Source: Acanthaster planci (taxonomy: Eukaryota). From it: a DNA stretch of 64,000 nt. Made by a program: the position numbers and the translations under genes. Location of the stretch: positions 5,219,518 through 5,283,517 of the forward strand of contig NW_019091355.1 in the NCBI RefSeq assembly GCF_001949145.1, given 5' to 3'. The stretch's first letter is position 1. Each line of letters starts with the position of its first letter. The notes beneath the pieces are model-generated. The model was not told the DNA's origin and did not search any database. It worked only from the letters and a program-made list of their open reading frames with translations. Shown here piece by piece: positions 51,401 to 64,000 of this stretch.

Positions 51401-54353
51401 ATCCAGCACTTACGGAAATCCGGGTGCAGATAATTTTCAGAAAAGAGAGGAGCCAAAAATGAAGTTGAGACAAAGAATATAGCGGGGGGGTGGGGAATTG
51501 TTTGTTATGTTGATGAAAATTTCTGTTTTTAAAGTTATTGAAATTGAATAGCCAGTGGAGAATAGTTGGAACAGAAAGTAGCTTTGAGACAAGAAAGATA
51601 AATGGAAAGAAAAGGGGGAGACGCGTTTCTGCAGTGTCTTCCCAGGGTCCATAATTCACTGCTTTGCCACCCCCATTGTGTGTCCTCACTTTCCCTTCCC
51701 TTCTCTGCTGGGGGAGGGGGGGTTGCTGACTGTCGTATCCCTCTACCATACCCTGTCTCCCAATCATTGATCAGGCTGCACATCGAGAGTTCCTTGTCCC
51801 CTGTAGAGGTTGGCCTTGAGAGCATCAGACTCAGCATGGAGTCTCCAGTCAGATGGGCCATCTCTTTTGTGTTTCCAGTGCTTGGATACTCTCTGCTAAT
51901 AACCGTGAGCAGCCTCTGATGAAACAGTTTCTTTTAATTTTTTGTCTCTTTGGCAGTATTTCTGCTCACAGTCATCTGCTTCGCTTTGTCGTTAGGTTGG
52001 TGCCTCTGCCACTGATAACAATGATTCAGCGAGGCGAGAAAATATTGGGTTTTTTTTGGTTTGTCTTGCGAGGCTGTGCATCTGATTTGTGTCATGATGG
52101 TTTGGGTCAGAGATTCAAAACCAAAAATGGGTTGATGGTTGTGCCAAGGCCAAGTTGGTGATGAAGAAACCCTTGAATTGCTTTGTTAATTATTATGCAA
52201 CAGATTACATTAATAGCTTTGCTATACCTCAGCAGAACTGTGTGACAGAGACCTCCATTTCATTTTGTTGAATTAATTCCAGATTTACCTGCTCTCTAAA
52301 ATGATTTGAAAAAAATGACTTCATAAATCAAGTCTTTTAAGCATTAAAAATGCCAACATTGGTCATTCATATGACTTAACTATAACAAAAAAGGTAGCAC
52401 ATAATCACTTATACTGATTTTTTAAAAAAATGTACGGTTTCATTTTTCTGTTGAAAAATGACAGCATTTTTTTTCCAAAGAGCAATAACCATTTTGTTAT
52501 GTAAAAGTTTGTTTCTTATTTGTCACTTTTAGTGAGTCTAAAGATGTCAAAATGCTCACCTCAACAGTGTTAATTTTTTAAAAGATGCAAATGAATTTCA
52601 GTCAAACTGTCCATAAACCCAAACAACATCCTTAAAAACAAAACAACAAATGTTCAACTTTTAAAATGCAGAATGATTCCAAATTTAGCCAGAGATTTAT
52701 CGGTACAAACAGCATTTTTCAGCTGCGTCTTTAACATTTTGTCCCGCATCTTTCCCAGCCAATTTAGCTGTACCTTTTTTCTTTTTAACAAAATGGTGGC
52801 TACCCAGACATGGCTGTTGTAATTGACACCTGACAAGCCTGTCCAGGAACATTGTGTTCGCTCTGCGTCAGTCCGGTACCCGCGCTCCCTCAGTCTACGC
52901 AATCACACTCTTGCCCTCCGAAGGTGTACACACACACACCAAGTGCTACTGCCAACGCTTCGATCAATAGACATTCTCCAATGCAGTCTCTTCAATATCT
53001 ATCACCCTAGCTCTGAACAGAAAAAAAAACTCAGGGAAAAAAAAAAGCAAGAGAAACAGTTCTAAACCTGAAGTGATCGGACAATGGCCTTTTATGAGCA
53101 GACTAGAAAAGGGAGCATTTACTGTGGTGATACGGTTTCTGCTATTTTTAACGGTAGATATTTTTCAACAGCCGGGTTGGGTTACCGTTCAATTTCATGC
53201 AAGGTGAATCATGTTTTCAGAGACTTAAATATTAAATTTGGACGTTTGGGTTTGAGGAATTTTCTTTGAGAAAATGTTGCACTCTCAAAATGAATTTTGC
53301 TGAGTGCATGGCTGTTGGTAATCTCAATGTGAGATTATTTTCAAGGAGAAAAAATGGTTTCTCTTTGATGATAAGGACATGGGCATCGCCATGATTTTTT
53401 GAGCGGGGGTGGCTAAGTATTGACATGTTTTTTGCTTGAGCAAAGAAACAAACTGAAAAACCATGAGCAGTGAAAAGGGGTCAATTTGGAGTTGATTTTT
53501 CCAAGCAGATTGATGATTTTCAGTTCCTGTCATCTTTTTTTTTACCGTTTCTTTACTTTTTCTTTCTTCCACAGTTTTCATTTTTTTCTTTTAATTTTTC
53601 TTGTGGGGAGGAATTTATATTTCATGGGTGTTTTTTTTTACAGATGTTTCTACATCCATTTTAGAATCCCAACATTGAAAGAAGTCAAGCAGTTATATCT
53701 ACTGTAGCCTGTGTTATTTTGGCTGGTCTAACATGTTAATAGTTATTTGTTACAAAAATTCTGAAAAATGCTCTGTGTTAAACTGTGCACAAGTCTTGTT
53801 TATCGGTCCACATTCTTGTCAAACTAACGTCTTGATTTCCAGTGGTGAATTTGTTGGAGCTTGTAGCTTTCTGCTTGTTGCAGCCCAGCTGTTGCATCAG
53901 AGGCCTTGGTGGAGCACTGGGTATGCGTGAATCCAGACTTTGGTACATGTATCTGCTGTGATCAATAACCACGTCAATAACTAATCATCTCAGTGACCTC
54001 CGATCGCTCACCTGGTGAATGGAAGCTTTGGAAATCCACCCAGACAATTACACGTCATTACGAAAGATTTGGCTCCATCCGTCCATCTATTCGTCCACAG
54101 GCCTTGGAGAATATGAACAGAGGGATAGATTGGGAGATGTTGACAGAGGGAATGAAGAAGGATGTCTACTGAAGAACGTTGTGGAAATTTGTGTCTTCCT
54201 GGGAACCAGTTTTCATGGACTTTCCGTGGGAATAGGAAGCATAGCATTTATGGCATTCATGTAGAACATGTGAGGGTTGTCCATCACCAGTGTAATGTAT
54301 TAAGCATTGTATACCTGTAGGGTCCGTGGGAAAGATTCACAGGCCTGCTTTTG

Positions 54354-54415
54354 TTGGACTCAAACCCACAACCTCCTGCTGACTGGCACAGATGGTTTAA
54401 CTGCTCAACCAGTGC
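54354..54415 (-). mobile_element. Degenerate tRNA-derived SINE head
   Basis: Minus strand reads TGGTTGAGCAGTTAA (A-box-like) ... GGGTTTGAGTCC (B-box-like) with tRNA-like spacing; no complete cloverleaf. Confidence 0.4.
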
Positions 54416-57400
54416 ATGTGTCCATTCAGCCGGCTGGTTCAAATCCAGTATACAGAGGAAACTTGTAAACAGGCTCTCAGAAAGTGCTCACAATATATTG
54501 CATTGGTGGAGGGGAAACCAAACATTCCAATTTCAATTTCCCTGAAGCAGACACCATCAGTAGTTAGGTAGCACTTGTATTGGAGGATCAGAGCACTTCA
54601 CAATTATAATCTCCTGTATTCAGCAAGCAAACACTCCAGTAACTCATTAGGAGGTGCAGACCACCTGTGACCAATCAATTATTAAGGGATTGCACTCACT
54701 ACTCAACACTACTCACTGGTGTCACCTTGCTGAGGGACATGTGCACATGAGACTCAAGTTGGAATCAGAAAATATGGTGTTGGTAACTTTGTTTTGACCT
54801 GACAGTTTTTTCTTGTGGTAAATGTTTTAAGATCAAGTTTCTTGTTTTCTACCATTCGACGATTTACTCAACTGTTAAATATTTACCAAATATCAAATCT
54901 TACTCATTTTATATTCTTTAAATCAGGTGATGAAGACTGAGGTTTGGGGGGTTTCGCACAGTGTGATCTAAAAACACTTCTTGTGTTCTGTAAGGTCTGC
55001 AGAAGAGCATCATGGTCAAATGCAGTCAAGCAGAAGGGATCCTGAATGGAAACTCTCATGAAAAATTCAGTTTGTCTGGACAAGAATTAGCAGTCGTTCA
55101 GCATGGAGTTCTTAATCCAATTTATGTGATATTCCTGGCCCTTCCCCCAAAAAAACTTACTGCGCTTGCTCACTTTGCAAAAGTGCAGATGTCATTGCAT
55201 TTTTAGCACCCTATTCTATGAAAAGCAACAAATTTGTACACAAGTTGTACTTTGGTTTTTTTTTTTTGGGGTCAGGACTTCAGTGAAAGCTTCACAAAAT
55301 CAATAACGGCGACTCGCTTGAGTTGCACCACACAGGTAACAAGGATTTTCCTGCTTGACACCCTGCCCCGAGGTTGAAAAGGGATACAGTTCACTTTCCT
55401 GATCCTAGCCTTTGTGTGGGGATTAAAGGGGGATAATCTCTGGGATAATATTATGCTCTATTGACTTCGATCCTTTCTGGGGGGCAGTGTGCCAGTTGGC
55501 CATGATGCGAAGGACTTCTCCGGAAGAAAAGTTTGATCCCAACTCAATGTGTGTTTTACAGCTTGGTACAACTTTTTCCAGCGGTCCCCTTTCACCCTAG
55601 TGATATTTTTGTTATCGGCACTTGTCCTTTGGCTCAAATTTTTGTTTGATTTTCCCACTGTGCTGATGGTTACACTGTAAACCTGTGAACATGATGTAAT
55701 GGATAAAATGCTAAAATGGCAAAATATGAAATTTAATAATGAATTAAAATACTACCCCCATGTACTCATGGTAACAGACAACATGTGCATTATAAAGGAA
55801 GAAATTAAAAATCCAAAGTCAGAATATGCTTAGCGGAAAACAAATAGATTTCACAGATGTTAGCACAAAACAACAAAAGTGTGACTGTAGATGAAAATCC
55901 TGTTTTCAAATGTTTATCTTATCATTCAAGTGTAACTGCATATCTTTGATGAAAGATTTAGCTATCAAATTACTGACAATTTGTGACTTCTCCTCAATTT
56001 GTCTGTTTTTCCAAAAGATGATCATTGGACATGATGAGAAAGATGACATGTACCTTTCAGCACTGTCTAATTCACTCGCTTGGTATAAACAGTTTTGTCA
56101 GTCTGCTTTGATTTGTAGAATGAATGAGTCTCCTGGAATTGATCATTAGACTTAAAGCTTTCTGACTAGTGATTGACCACAAAATGGCAGTAGCCGCTGT
56201 TTTCCTCTGTACCATGCGGCCTCTTCACCCCTGTTTAAAGGCACAATACCTTCATGACATTGTGGAGAATGCTTTATGCAAGCTTTAGGGAGTAAACCCC
56301 TGTGTCGTGCTCGGCTATTCATGGAAGCTACTGTCTGTGTGGCTGCAGGTGTGCATTGATTTTGACGAGAATTACAAAGGAACCGATAAATCTTAAATTT
56401 AATGACCCCAAAACTGCAGAACATTTCAGTAACCAGATTTGTACGTATAAAGACTGTGACTGATTTGGGATTGTTGAGCCTAGACCCCATAACTTTACAT
56501 GAAGTTGGGAGACGCTGTGCACTGCGGTGTGCATGTGCAATGTGGCTGAGGTGCAAAGAACACCCCCATTGGTTTGTGGTTCACTGTGGGATCCTGGTGG
56601 ATTGAGCTGGTACATGCAAGGGTTCCTGTAACATGTATGCACAGCCCTGGAGGAAAGGGAAAGCGAGAATGAAATCTGAAGTTAGTGCTGATCTTTTAAT
56701 GTTGCTTAATACATGCAATGTGATTAATTACTGTATGAAGTACATGTAGGATGGCTCAGTTGTGCTCAAGATTAAGTTTCATTGTACTAGAAGTTGTCGT
56801 TTACCAGTGACAAAAGAGTACGAATTTGGATGGTCGAAACAGCTTAGCTGCTCTTTATAATTTTTTTTTTAGGTAAAGATCCGATAGGAACAGTAATTAT
56901 TCAATTTTTTGTTTAGTGTACATGAAGGGCTTCTGATATAACACATTGTACCAATCTTTATATTACTTTAATTTCTTTAATTTCTTATTTTAATCTGAAT
57001 AGCAGATGCCACTGGGGCCCATTTCCCTGTGATGTATGTAATTGCCACTTATTTAAATAACACATTTTGTGAAGTACGCAAATGGAGGTGCAAATAAAAA
57101 TAAACCAGCCTGGTCTTTTTTGGGTTGATAACTGATCACTTGCTGTTTATTTTGGGGATCTGGGTCGCTGGATTTGGTTTATTGCACATGACATTTTAAA
57201 TGCAGCGGTAAATACTGTCTGACTCCGACAGTTCTCACCAGTTTGTTTGTTTGTCATTCTTCTCGGTCTGTTTGACAGCATTAAAATTATTGGCAACATT
57301 TCACCCTTGCAAATGTAGCGGAACTTTGAAAAGGAACGACATGCATGGTTGATCGGCAGGCACCTGCCGCCGGCAGTTTTCTAGGGTCCATGTCAGAGAA

Positions 57401-58755
57401 TGAATGGCTCTGAACTCCTGATCCACCCCCCAAAGTTTCAGTAACACTGAGACAGGCATTGGTGTTTTACCTCATGAGTGCAGTCTTTAAAAAAAGGGCC
57501 ACAGTTTAGGCCTAACTGAGGGTTGCCCCAAAATGGTGCATTATCGGGAACGGAAGTGTCTTTAATTTCAATTTTTTTTTAATGATTTGAAACTCTGGCC
57601 TTATTTCACTTCAACCTCGACCCCCTGTGTGAACAACAATTTTGAATTGAAGTGGAAAACAACTCACATTGGAGAAATTGGGCTGTTTATGGTAGAGCCT
57701 TCGAGAAAGATTCTGCTAGGATTGAAAAATTGAGCTGTCTAGCATTTTAGATTTTAAAAGTAACATTGCTCAAAAAAAAAAAAAAAAGAGATGGAGATTT
57801 TCTTATAGTATCTGGTTGGATCAGAAACAGGATATCAACTTGTTCTGTACATATTCCCAAAGCCTTTGGTAACAGCGTCTGTCACCTCATAGTCACTTGT
57901 GAGCAGTGCGTATTTGCAACAAGTAGTTGATTGCAGTTTGCACATGGACTGTCCAAATAAAAATGCTTTAGTAAAGTACATGTACTTACTTGAACTGCCC
58001 AGCTATATATTTACACTGCACATGGTCACTTCTGTTGCTGCCCACCTATGTGTCCATCCCTTCCAAAGGGGGATACTTGGTATACCCCATAATGACCCCT
58101 GCATCCTTGACAACCCAAATGCACCCCATTGTGGAGAGGAACAAAAAGCAATTTATTTACAAAGACACAAAGGAAGCTGGAGGTAACTGGCCGAGTTAGT
58201 CTCCTGCTCCAGCTGTTGTTGTGGCTGATCATGTAGAGATGCCTTGAGGGCAGCATTACCTCTCCCTGTTGGTAGCATTTGCAGTGTGTCAAAATCCAAA
58301 CTATGTGTTTGTACCTGGGTTGTGTACTCACGTGCAGTAGTGTGATCAAGTAAATCGATTCTGAACAATTTTCATTAAAAAAAAAAAAAATCATACAACA
58401 TAAAAATACAGGTTTAAAAGTTAAAAACAGGCTGTAGCCTAGAACCCCTGAATTGAACTGAGTTAACACACTTGCAGATGTGGTGATTAAACATACTGCT
58501 CCCCAATCCTTGAAAAACCACCTAAAGCTATTGTAGGATTCAGCAGGATTGGGTAAAGTGGCTTCACATGCAGTATATTAGCTTGTGCTACTCTATAGGG
58601 GCTTGATTCCCTTTGAACCCCAGAGTGAGGAGAATGTGTCATTGGCTCCTGCACAATGATGGGTTTTAGAGGATTTGAATATGATAGGTGGGACTGTTTA
58701 CAAAAAGTGACATTTTCTCAAGTTTGTAATTTGATTCTTGTTTTCTGTGTCCCAG

Positions 58756-61316
58756 GTGATGTCGGCAGTGTTGAGATGGCTCCCATTCAGCAGCATCAGT
58801 TCATCCCACTCACTGAGGTCCTCTGCCTCATCATCTCCGAGATGAACAAGCGCAAACTCACAGCAACCCCGGACTCCATCCGCGACAAGCTGGCTGAGTG
58901 CTATTCTAAGATGCCTGTGCCCAACCCGGAGATCATCCTCAAGTCCCTCAACCACCTGATGATGGAGAGGAAGATAGAGCAGAACGGCAATAGCAGAGGC
59001 TACACAATTGTCGGCCTGGACAAGCTGCCCCCAGAAAGCCCCTCTGGAGACGAGCTGGAGGTTGTCATGGCTAAGCCCAAGGCCAAACCGGCTCCCTCGT
59101 CACAGGAGGATCGGGTGTATCTGGTGTACAAGGACGGTGCCCTGACCAGACACACCTTGCCAGCATCCTCCAATATGGTGGATAAGAGCACTCAGACTGT
59201 CCGTACCCGGAGTGATTCCTCCTCTCCGAGACCAGTGTCCTACCCAGCCAATACCAACATGAGTACCATTTACGAGAAGAGCCACACTATTGGGACGAGC
59301 AGCCCATCCAAGCAGCGGAATGTGGAGGCCGAAGCCAGTCCCTTACAGCGGAGTCATTCCATGAGGGAGCGGCGAAGTCCTGCCAAGCGGAACAACTTTG
59401 ATCGTACAAGCTCCATGCGAGCCAGGACCGGAGAGATTGACACGGGATATTTCACCTCAGATTCGGAAGCCAAACAGTCATGCTTTGGCCGTCTCCTGGG
59501 CAAATCAGCCAAGAAGAAAGCCATTATGCAGAGCAGCATCACTCACCAGACATTCTCGGCTCAGTTTCCACCGTCAGACATTCACGATCCATTCTTCAAC
59601 TATGCTCACTGGCTTGGGAAGTCACCTCAGAAGGTGGCCCTGAATTCAGTGGCTTCCTCCAGCCCCAAAAACAGCAGCAGCAAGGATAAGACCAAGTCGG
59701 GGAGTGGAGCATCCCCATCTAACGGGACAGGGACATCGGCAAAGAAGGAAGGATCCAGGAAGGGGCACTCTTCACACAAGGATGTCAACCATTACCATGT
59801 GGAGCATGGTCGGTTGACACAAACTGCCAAAATGCTGCAGCAGAAGTACCAGGACAAAGCCCAGGAATCTATGCCTGAGTCGGAGCAGGAGTTCCTGAAA
59901 CCAACCCAACTGTACGACGACAAATTTCGCACCAAAGTCGTTTCTCAGCAGATTCAGTCGGTGAAGACCACCAAGAAGAATGACAAGGTGAAGAATTACT
60001 TCACGTCTATTCAGAGCAACAAGCCCCAGCAGATGACGCCCTTTGAGGGGATCAGCACCGATGACCAGAACGACTCGGAGATGGAACTGCAGCGACGGAA
60101 TGAACTGGCGGCCGAGAAGCGACGTCAGAAACTGGAACAACTGAAGGAGCGCAGACAGGCACGGATCTTCACCGCCCACAGATCCATGAAGGAATCTGAG
60201 ATGACTGACCCTATGGATTATCCATCTGCAGGAATGGAACAGCCTGCCAGCTCTCTGGGTCATCCCACTAGCCCTGGAGGGAGTAACGCCAATGATATGG
60301 AAACTCCAGAACCAATAAGACGGCAAGTGATGGTGATGAAAAGAACAGAAAATGTTGAGGTAAAGCGTGCTGAACTCAGTCCAACCTCGGGCCCTTTCCC
60401 TGCAATTTTACAAACGCCAAAGAATTATAATGGATACAGACAGTCTGAGCCCCAGACTAACTATAACGAGCCCACTGAGCATGAGCAGTATTACCGCGAT
60501 GAGGAAATTGACAATTACATGCGGGAAGAGCAGCGTAAGCAGCTGATGGATAATATGGAAGATCCCATGTGCTCACCGCAGCGGGATACCAGTGGTTTTG
60601 TCTTATATTCACAACACCAAGGGAGGGATGTCATTGCTGATTGCAGAGAGGGAACCAGCCAGATGACAATGGCTGTCAACCCACGTTCCATGTCGCAGCA
60701 CCTTGATTACATGGACAATGAGCGTCCACCTCCCCCGCCGCCCATCCGCTTCAATTCCCAGTCGGACCGTAGCCCCGGGCACCAGCCTCCAGTTCACAGT
60801 GTCCAACCTTCTCAGGTGATGATGCAGAACCCGATGGGCATGCACCCTGCGTACCCCCCTCAGATCCCAGTCCACCAGCGGTTGGAGAGCCTCTCCAGCT
60901 CCACAGGGGACAGCGGGTTCAATTCCCCGCGATCCTCCCTGGCCCAGAGCCACAACAACAACTCCTCCCCGATTGATCACATGGCCTCCTACGACCCCCT
61001 CCACAATCGGCACAGTGCCACATCTGGCATCCCTGTGCTCATCAAGCCCATCCCGCGTCAGACCCAGAACGACCTGGACAACCAGAACCTGGACAGTGGC
61101 AGTCGCATGATCAAGTCCACCTCCAATCCGACGCATCTCCACTCCACGTTCTCTGAGCAGCCCAACAGTGCGGATTTGTCGGTAAAGAGGAAATTCAAGA
61201 GTTCAGACACTGTTGACGCTAACTCAGACACATCAGAGAAGACAGTATATAGCTCCATAAGTCGACGGTCCAGACTTGAACGTCCCAAAAGCTTTGAAGT
61301 AATTGGAACAGTATGA
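58756..61316 (+). CDS. STOX1: Storkhead-box protein, coding exon 2 (winged-helix domain + long low-complexity C-terminus)
   Basis: Acceptor TTTTCTGTGTCCCAG| at 58755, phase 1, giving G|DVGSVEMAPIQQHQFIPLTEVLCLIISEMN..ERKI (storkhead winged helix). Family motifs FSAQFPP (59553-59573) and DSGFNSPR (60909-60932). Spliced CDS 367+2561 nt = 975 aa. Confidence 0.93.
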
Positions 61317-63810
61317 AACTCAGTAGACCTCCAAGTTTTGACACCACACCCTTCTGTGAAGGTGTCCAAAAAGCTTCAATTTCATTTACAATGGGAAAGT
61401 CTATCATTACAGGAAAAAGATCTGGACGTGTGTCACATATTGATATTTAAGCACATTGTATATTTACAACTGCAAGAGGAAACTGCCTTTTCCCCTGGCA
61501 AAATTTGTAACTGACATTTGCCAGTGGCATCAGACATCTAAGGTTAGCTTTTCGCTCTGAGTTTAAATTCGTTAAAAACCAAAGATCATCTAGCTTTGTA
61601 TGTGTATTGTGTTTTAAGTGAATTTAATCGGAACACATGTAAAATGTAATCTTAAATTATTGCACAAAATGTCAGACATAGTCCATACTATTTTTGCGTT
61701 GGTTTGTCTTTCACTTTCATAAAAGATCGTAGATCGTGAAAATTGTTCTTTTGATTTTTATAACTTGTAGACAGGTGGTGGAAATTGTTCCATAGTTTAG
61801 CAAGATCTACTGGGAGACATTTACAGAAGTACAGTATATCTACTACTGATGGCTCTTTGAAAAATGGAAGGGGATTTTGCAATGTCAGTATCTTTGTCAG
61901 CTCATTGTTATTTGAAGGAAATTATGACTTTGAGGATGTGTGGAATTTCTGTTTATTCCCAATCCCGAATTGTTCGTGGGTTATTTATTTTCATTGAAAT
62001 ATATATGTACATATACATGTAAATATTGACAGCCATTACAAGCTTTACATGTGTGAAAAGTCATGTTCGAAATTGGGTCCTCTTTTCAATATTTTTGTTT
62101 TGGGTTTCTTTTCAGTATTCCCTGTCATTTTTGTTTTCTTTTGCAAAGTACTTGGGATACTGCTGAAAACGGATAGCAATACATAATTGGACAAGCATGC
62201 ACTTTTGTAACGCACCCTTTTGAGTAGGGTGCTGTGCTACTCAAATTTTTTGTACAGAATGTCAGCTTGGAAGCACGAGTTATTGAAGCTTTTGTAAACC
62301 GTTTAGTATTGCAAGGCATGGTGTCCTCAAAAGAAGCCTATTTGTGAAGTGATTGTGTGTAACAGTAATGGAAGCCGTGAACACTCTTTGAAGTCCTTGT
62401 AATTTACGTGTATAGGTCACTTGTAGAGTAAATATCTTTGTATATGGTTTAGAGATTGCACTGAGAATTTGTCTTTGCTGTTAATTGTAAATATTCACTG
62501 AATTGTAAATCTACTGCAAAAATGTTTTATGATGCACTGGTGTACGTGGGCAAATTCATTGAAATGGACAGACATCCGTGCAAGTTTTAAGTTTACGTAG
62601 ATTAATGCAGCGACCAGAATTAGAGATGGTTACTGCAGCAGCCTCACGCTCATGTGCAGGTGATATGTGAATGTTAAATACGTCTCCAACCAGTTGGGTG
62701 TTGTGATTTGCCCAAATCAGCATGCACCTGAAATTGAATAATGCATGTGTGAGTGTTGTGTGGTACCACTTTAGTAATGGTGTCTCTTCACATTAGTTCC
62801 CTTTAGTCCGTTCTTTTTAGAGCTACCAACTCCTGTGATTAAAAAAAAAGAGAAAAAAGTGCCAGATCTTATTCAGGTTTTAAGTGGCTATGGCTTTTGA
62901 AGTGGCTTCGTCTTAGGATTTTTTTTTGTTAGTGTGCTATGGAGAGAAGTCTTAGCCATGGACAACAGTGCCTGTTGTTGCAAAGCGCCAGTTCTGAAAA
63001 ACAGCCATTCCGTTCACCTGGGATAAAAGAGTCGGGCACCTCCTCCGTCGGGAGAGCATACGTGTTGTAAATAATATGGATTTGGGATGCAGGATTTGAA
63101 ATGGAGGAAGGCCCATGGACTGTTATTACACGAGGGTTTTGACCTTACATGAATGTGGGATTTCTTGCACGGATCTCTGTTCCATTACTGTGATATGCTG
63201 CCTTGGTAATGTCTCTATAAGTACTGATTCACAAACCACTCCTGTTAAATTATTCTTTCCAGTATTTGTAAATTTCCTTCTTATTTGTCCTTAAGTGGTA
63301 CGGTTGCATTGCAGGTGATCGCACTTTCACATTTTATAAATCAGTGTACCTAAATGCATGCTGGTGTTCCTGTGTTGCTTGCAGAAATTATTACCATATG
63401 ACAAGGTTTGCTTGAATGGTGGGCCAAATTCTTACAAGTAGAAAGTGGCTGTGATGCTGGAAGAGTCTGTTGCATGACTTTCTCAAGTGTTGCTGCTAAG
63501 TTGACTTTATCAAGTGTTCCTCAAGTGCCCACATTTTGCTTTTTTTATGCCTTATCTTACGTTCCTTGCTTAGATTCTCCAGACTTTTATTAAACAAGCA
63601 CTTCAACTCACATATAATAATCAAATGGAATTTTAATGTTGATGCTTGATATAATGGTTCATGTCTTTTTAAAATTAGTTTTCACTTTTTGGTAACTTTG
63701 AGATTGCTCAGATTTGTGTAATTCTAAGATTCCGAAATCTATAGTGTGAAAAACAAACTTACACAGCTATCAAAACACCAAATAATAAACAGACTTGTAA
63801 TTACCAAATA
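61317..63810 (+). other. Probable STOX 3' UTR
   Basis: T-rich, ORF-poor stretch after the stop; AATAAA at 63784-63789 (ATTAAA variants earlier). 3' end not certain. Confidence 0.5.
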
Positions 63811-64000
63811 TTATAAGGAAATATGGCTGTCTTTAAAAGCAACAGGTCAAATCTTGCCACCAACCAAGGGTGATATTTCTGCAAATTTGTGCACAAGTCT
63901 ATAGATTAATAATTTCAAAAATAATAAGACAGGAAAATTTCAGATTTAATTTGAGCCAGCGAGAAAGAAAAAAACTGAAGTAGCATGCTTCAGGGGCAAA

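Larger units (their letters stand above)
23608..58755 (+). other. 35,148 bp phase-1 intron of the STOX gene
   Basis: GTAAGT...CCCAG boundaries. Joining the exons restores a continuous storkhead N-terminal alignment (IANL-G-DV). No credible coding ORF inside. Confidence 0.88.

Noticed and set aside
58656..58755. First 33 codons of the 886 aa ORF as the STOX N-terminus
   Set aside because: Intronic: contains the polypyrimidine tract and CAG acceptor; homology starts at G|DV and continues from exon 23241-23607.
61302..61316. Class I PDZ-binding motif at STOX C-terminus (IGTV)
   Set aside because: Position -2 is Gly, not Ser/Thr.
58698..61407. Antisense ORFs up to 184 aa over STOX exon 2
   Set aside because: Shadows of the sense CDS; no independent evidence.

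Overview
AT-rich eukaryotic genomic DNA from a bilaterian invertebrate (spliceosomal introns, abundant TACATG/TACATGTA micro-repeats); the species cannot be fixed from sequence alone. Three genes are well supported. (1) A U1 snRNA gene at 11309-11469 (+), divergent in sequence but with compensated stems and its own octamer/PSE-like/3'-box elements. (2) A three-coding-exon FUT10-type GT10 fucosyltransferase (12594-12680, 15687-15801, 16885-18116; 477 aa). (3) A storkhead-box (STOX1/2-like) winged-helix gene with two coding exons (23241-23607, 58756-61316; 975 aa) separated by a 35.1 kb intron. An NRF1/YY1-type promoter near 7.1 kb appears to drive an unidentified minus-strand gene running off the left edge. 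Several non-autonomous palindromic or TIR elements and short tandem duplications are present. Nearly all other ORFs in the track look spurious. I do not see a clearly new multi-gene system. The best leads are the variant U1 gene and its context, the regulatory architecture of the STOX locus, and two hairpin-plus-CCAAT-end mobile elements.
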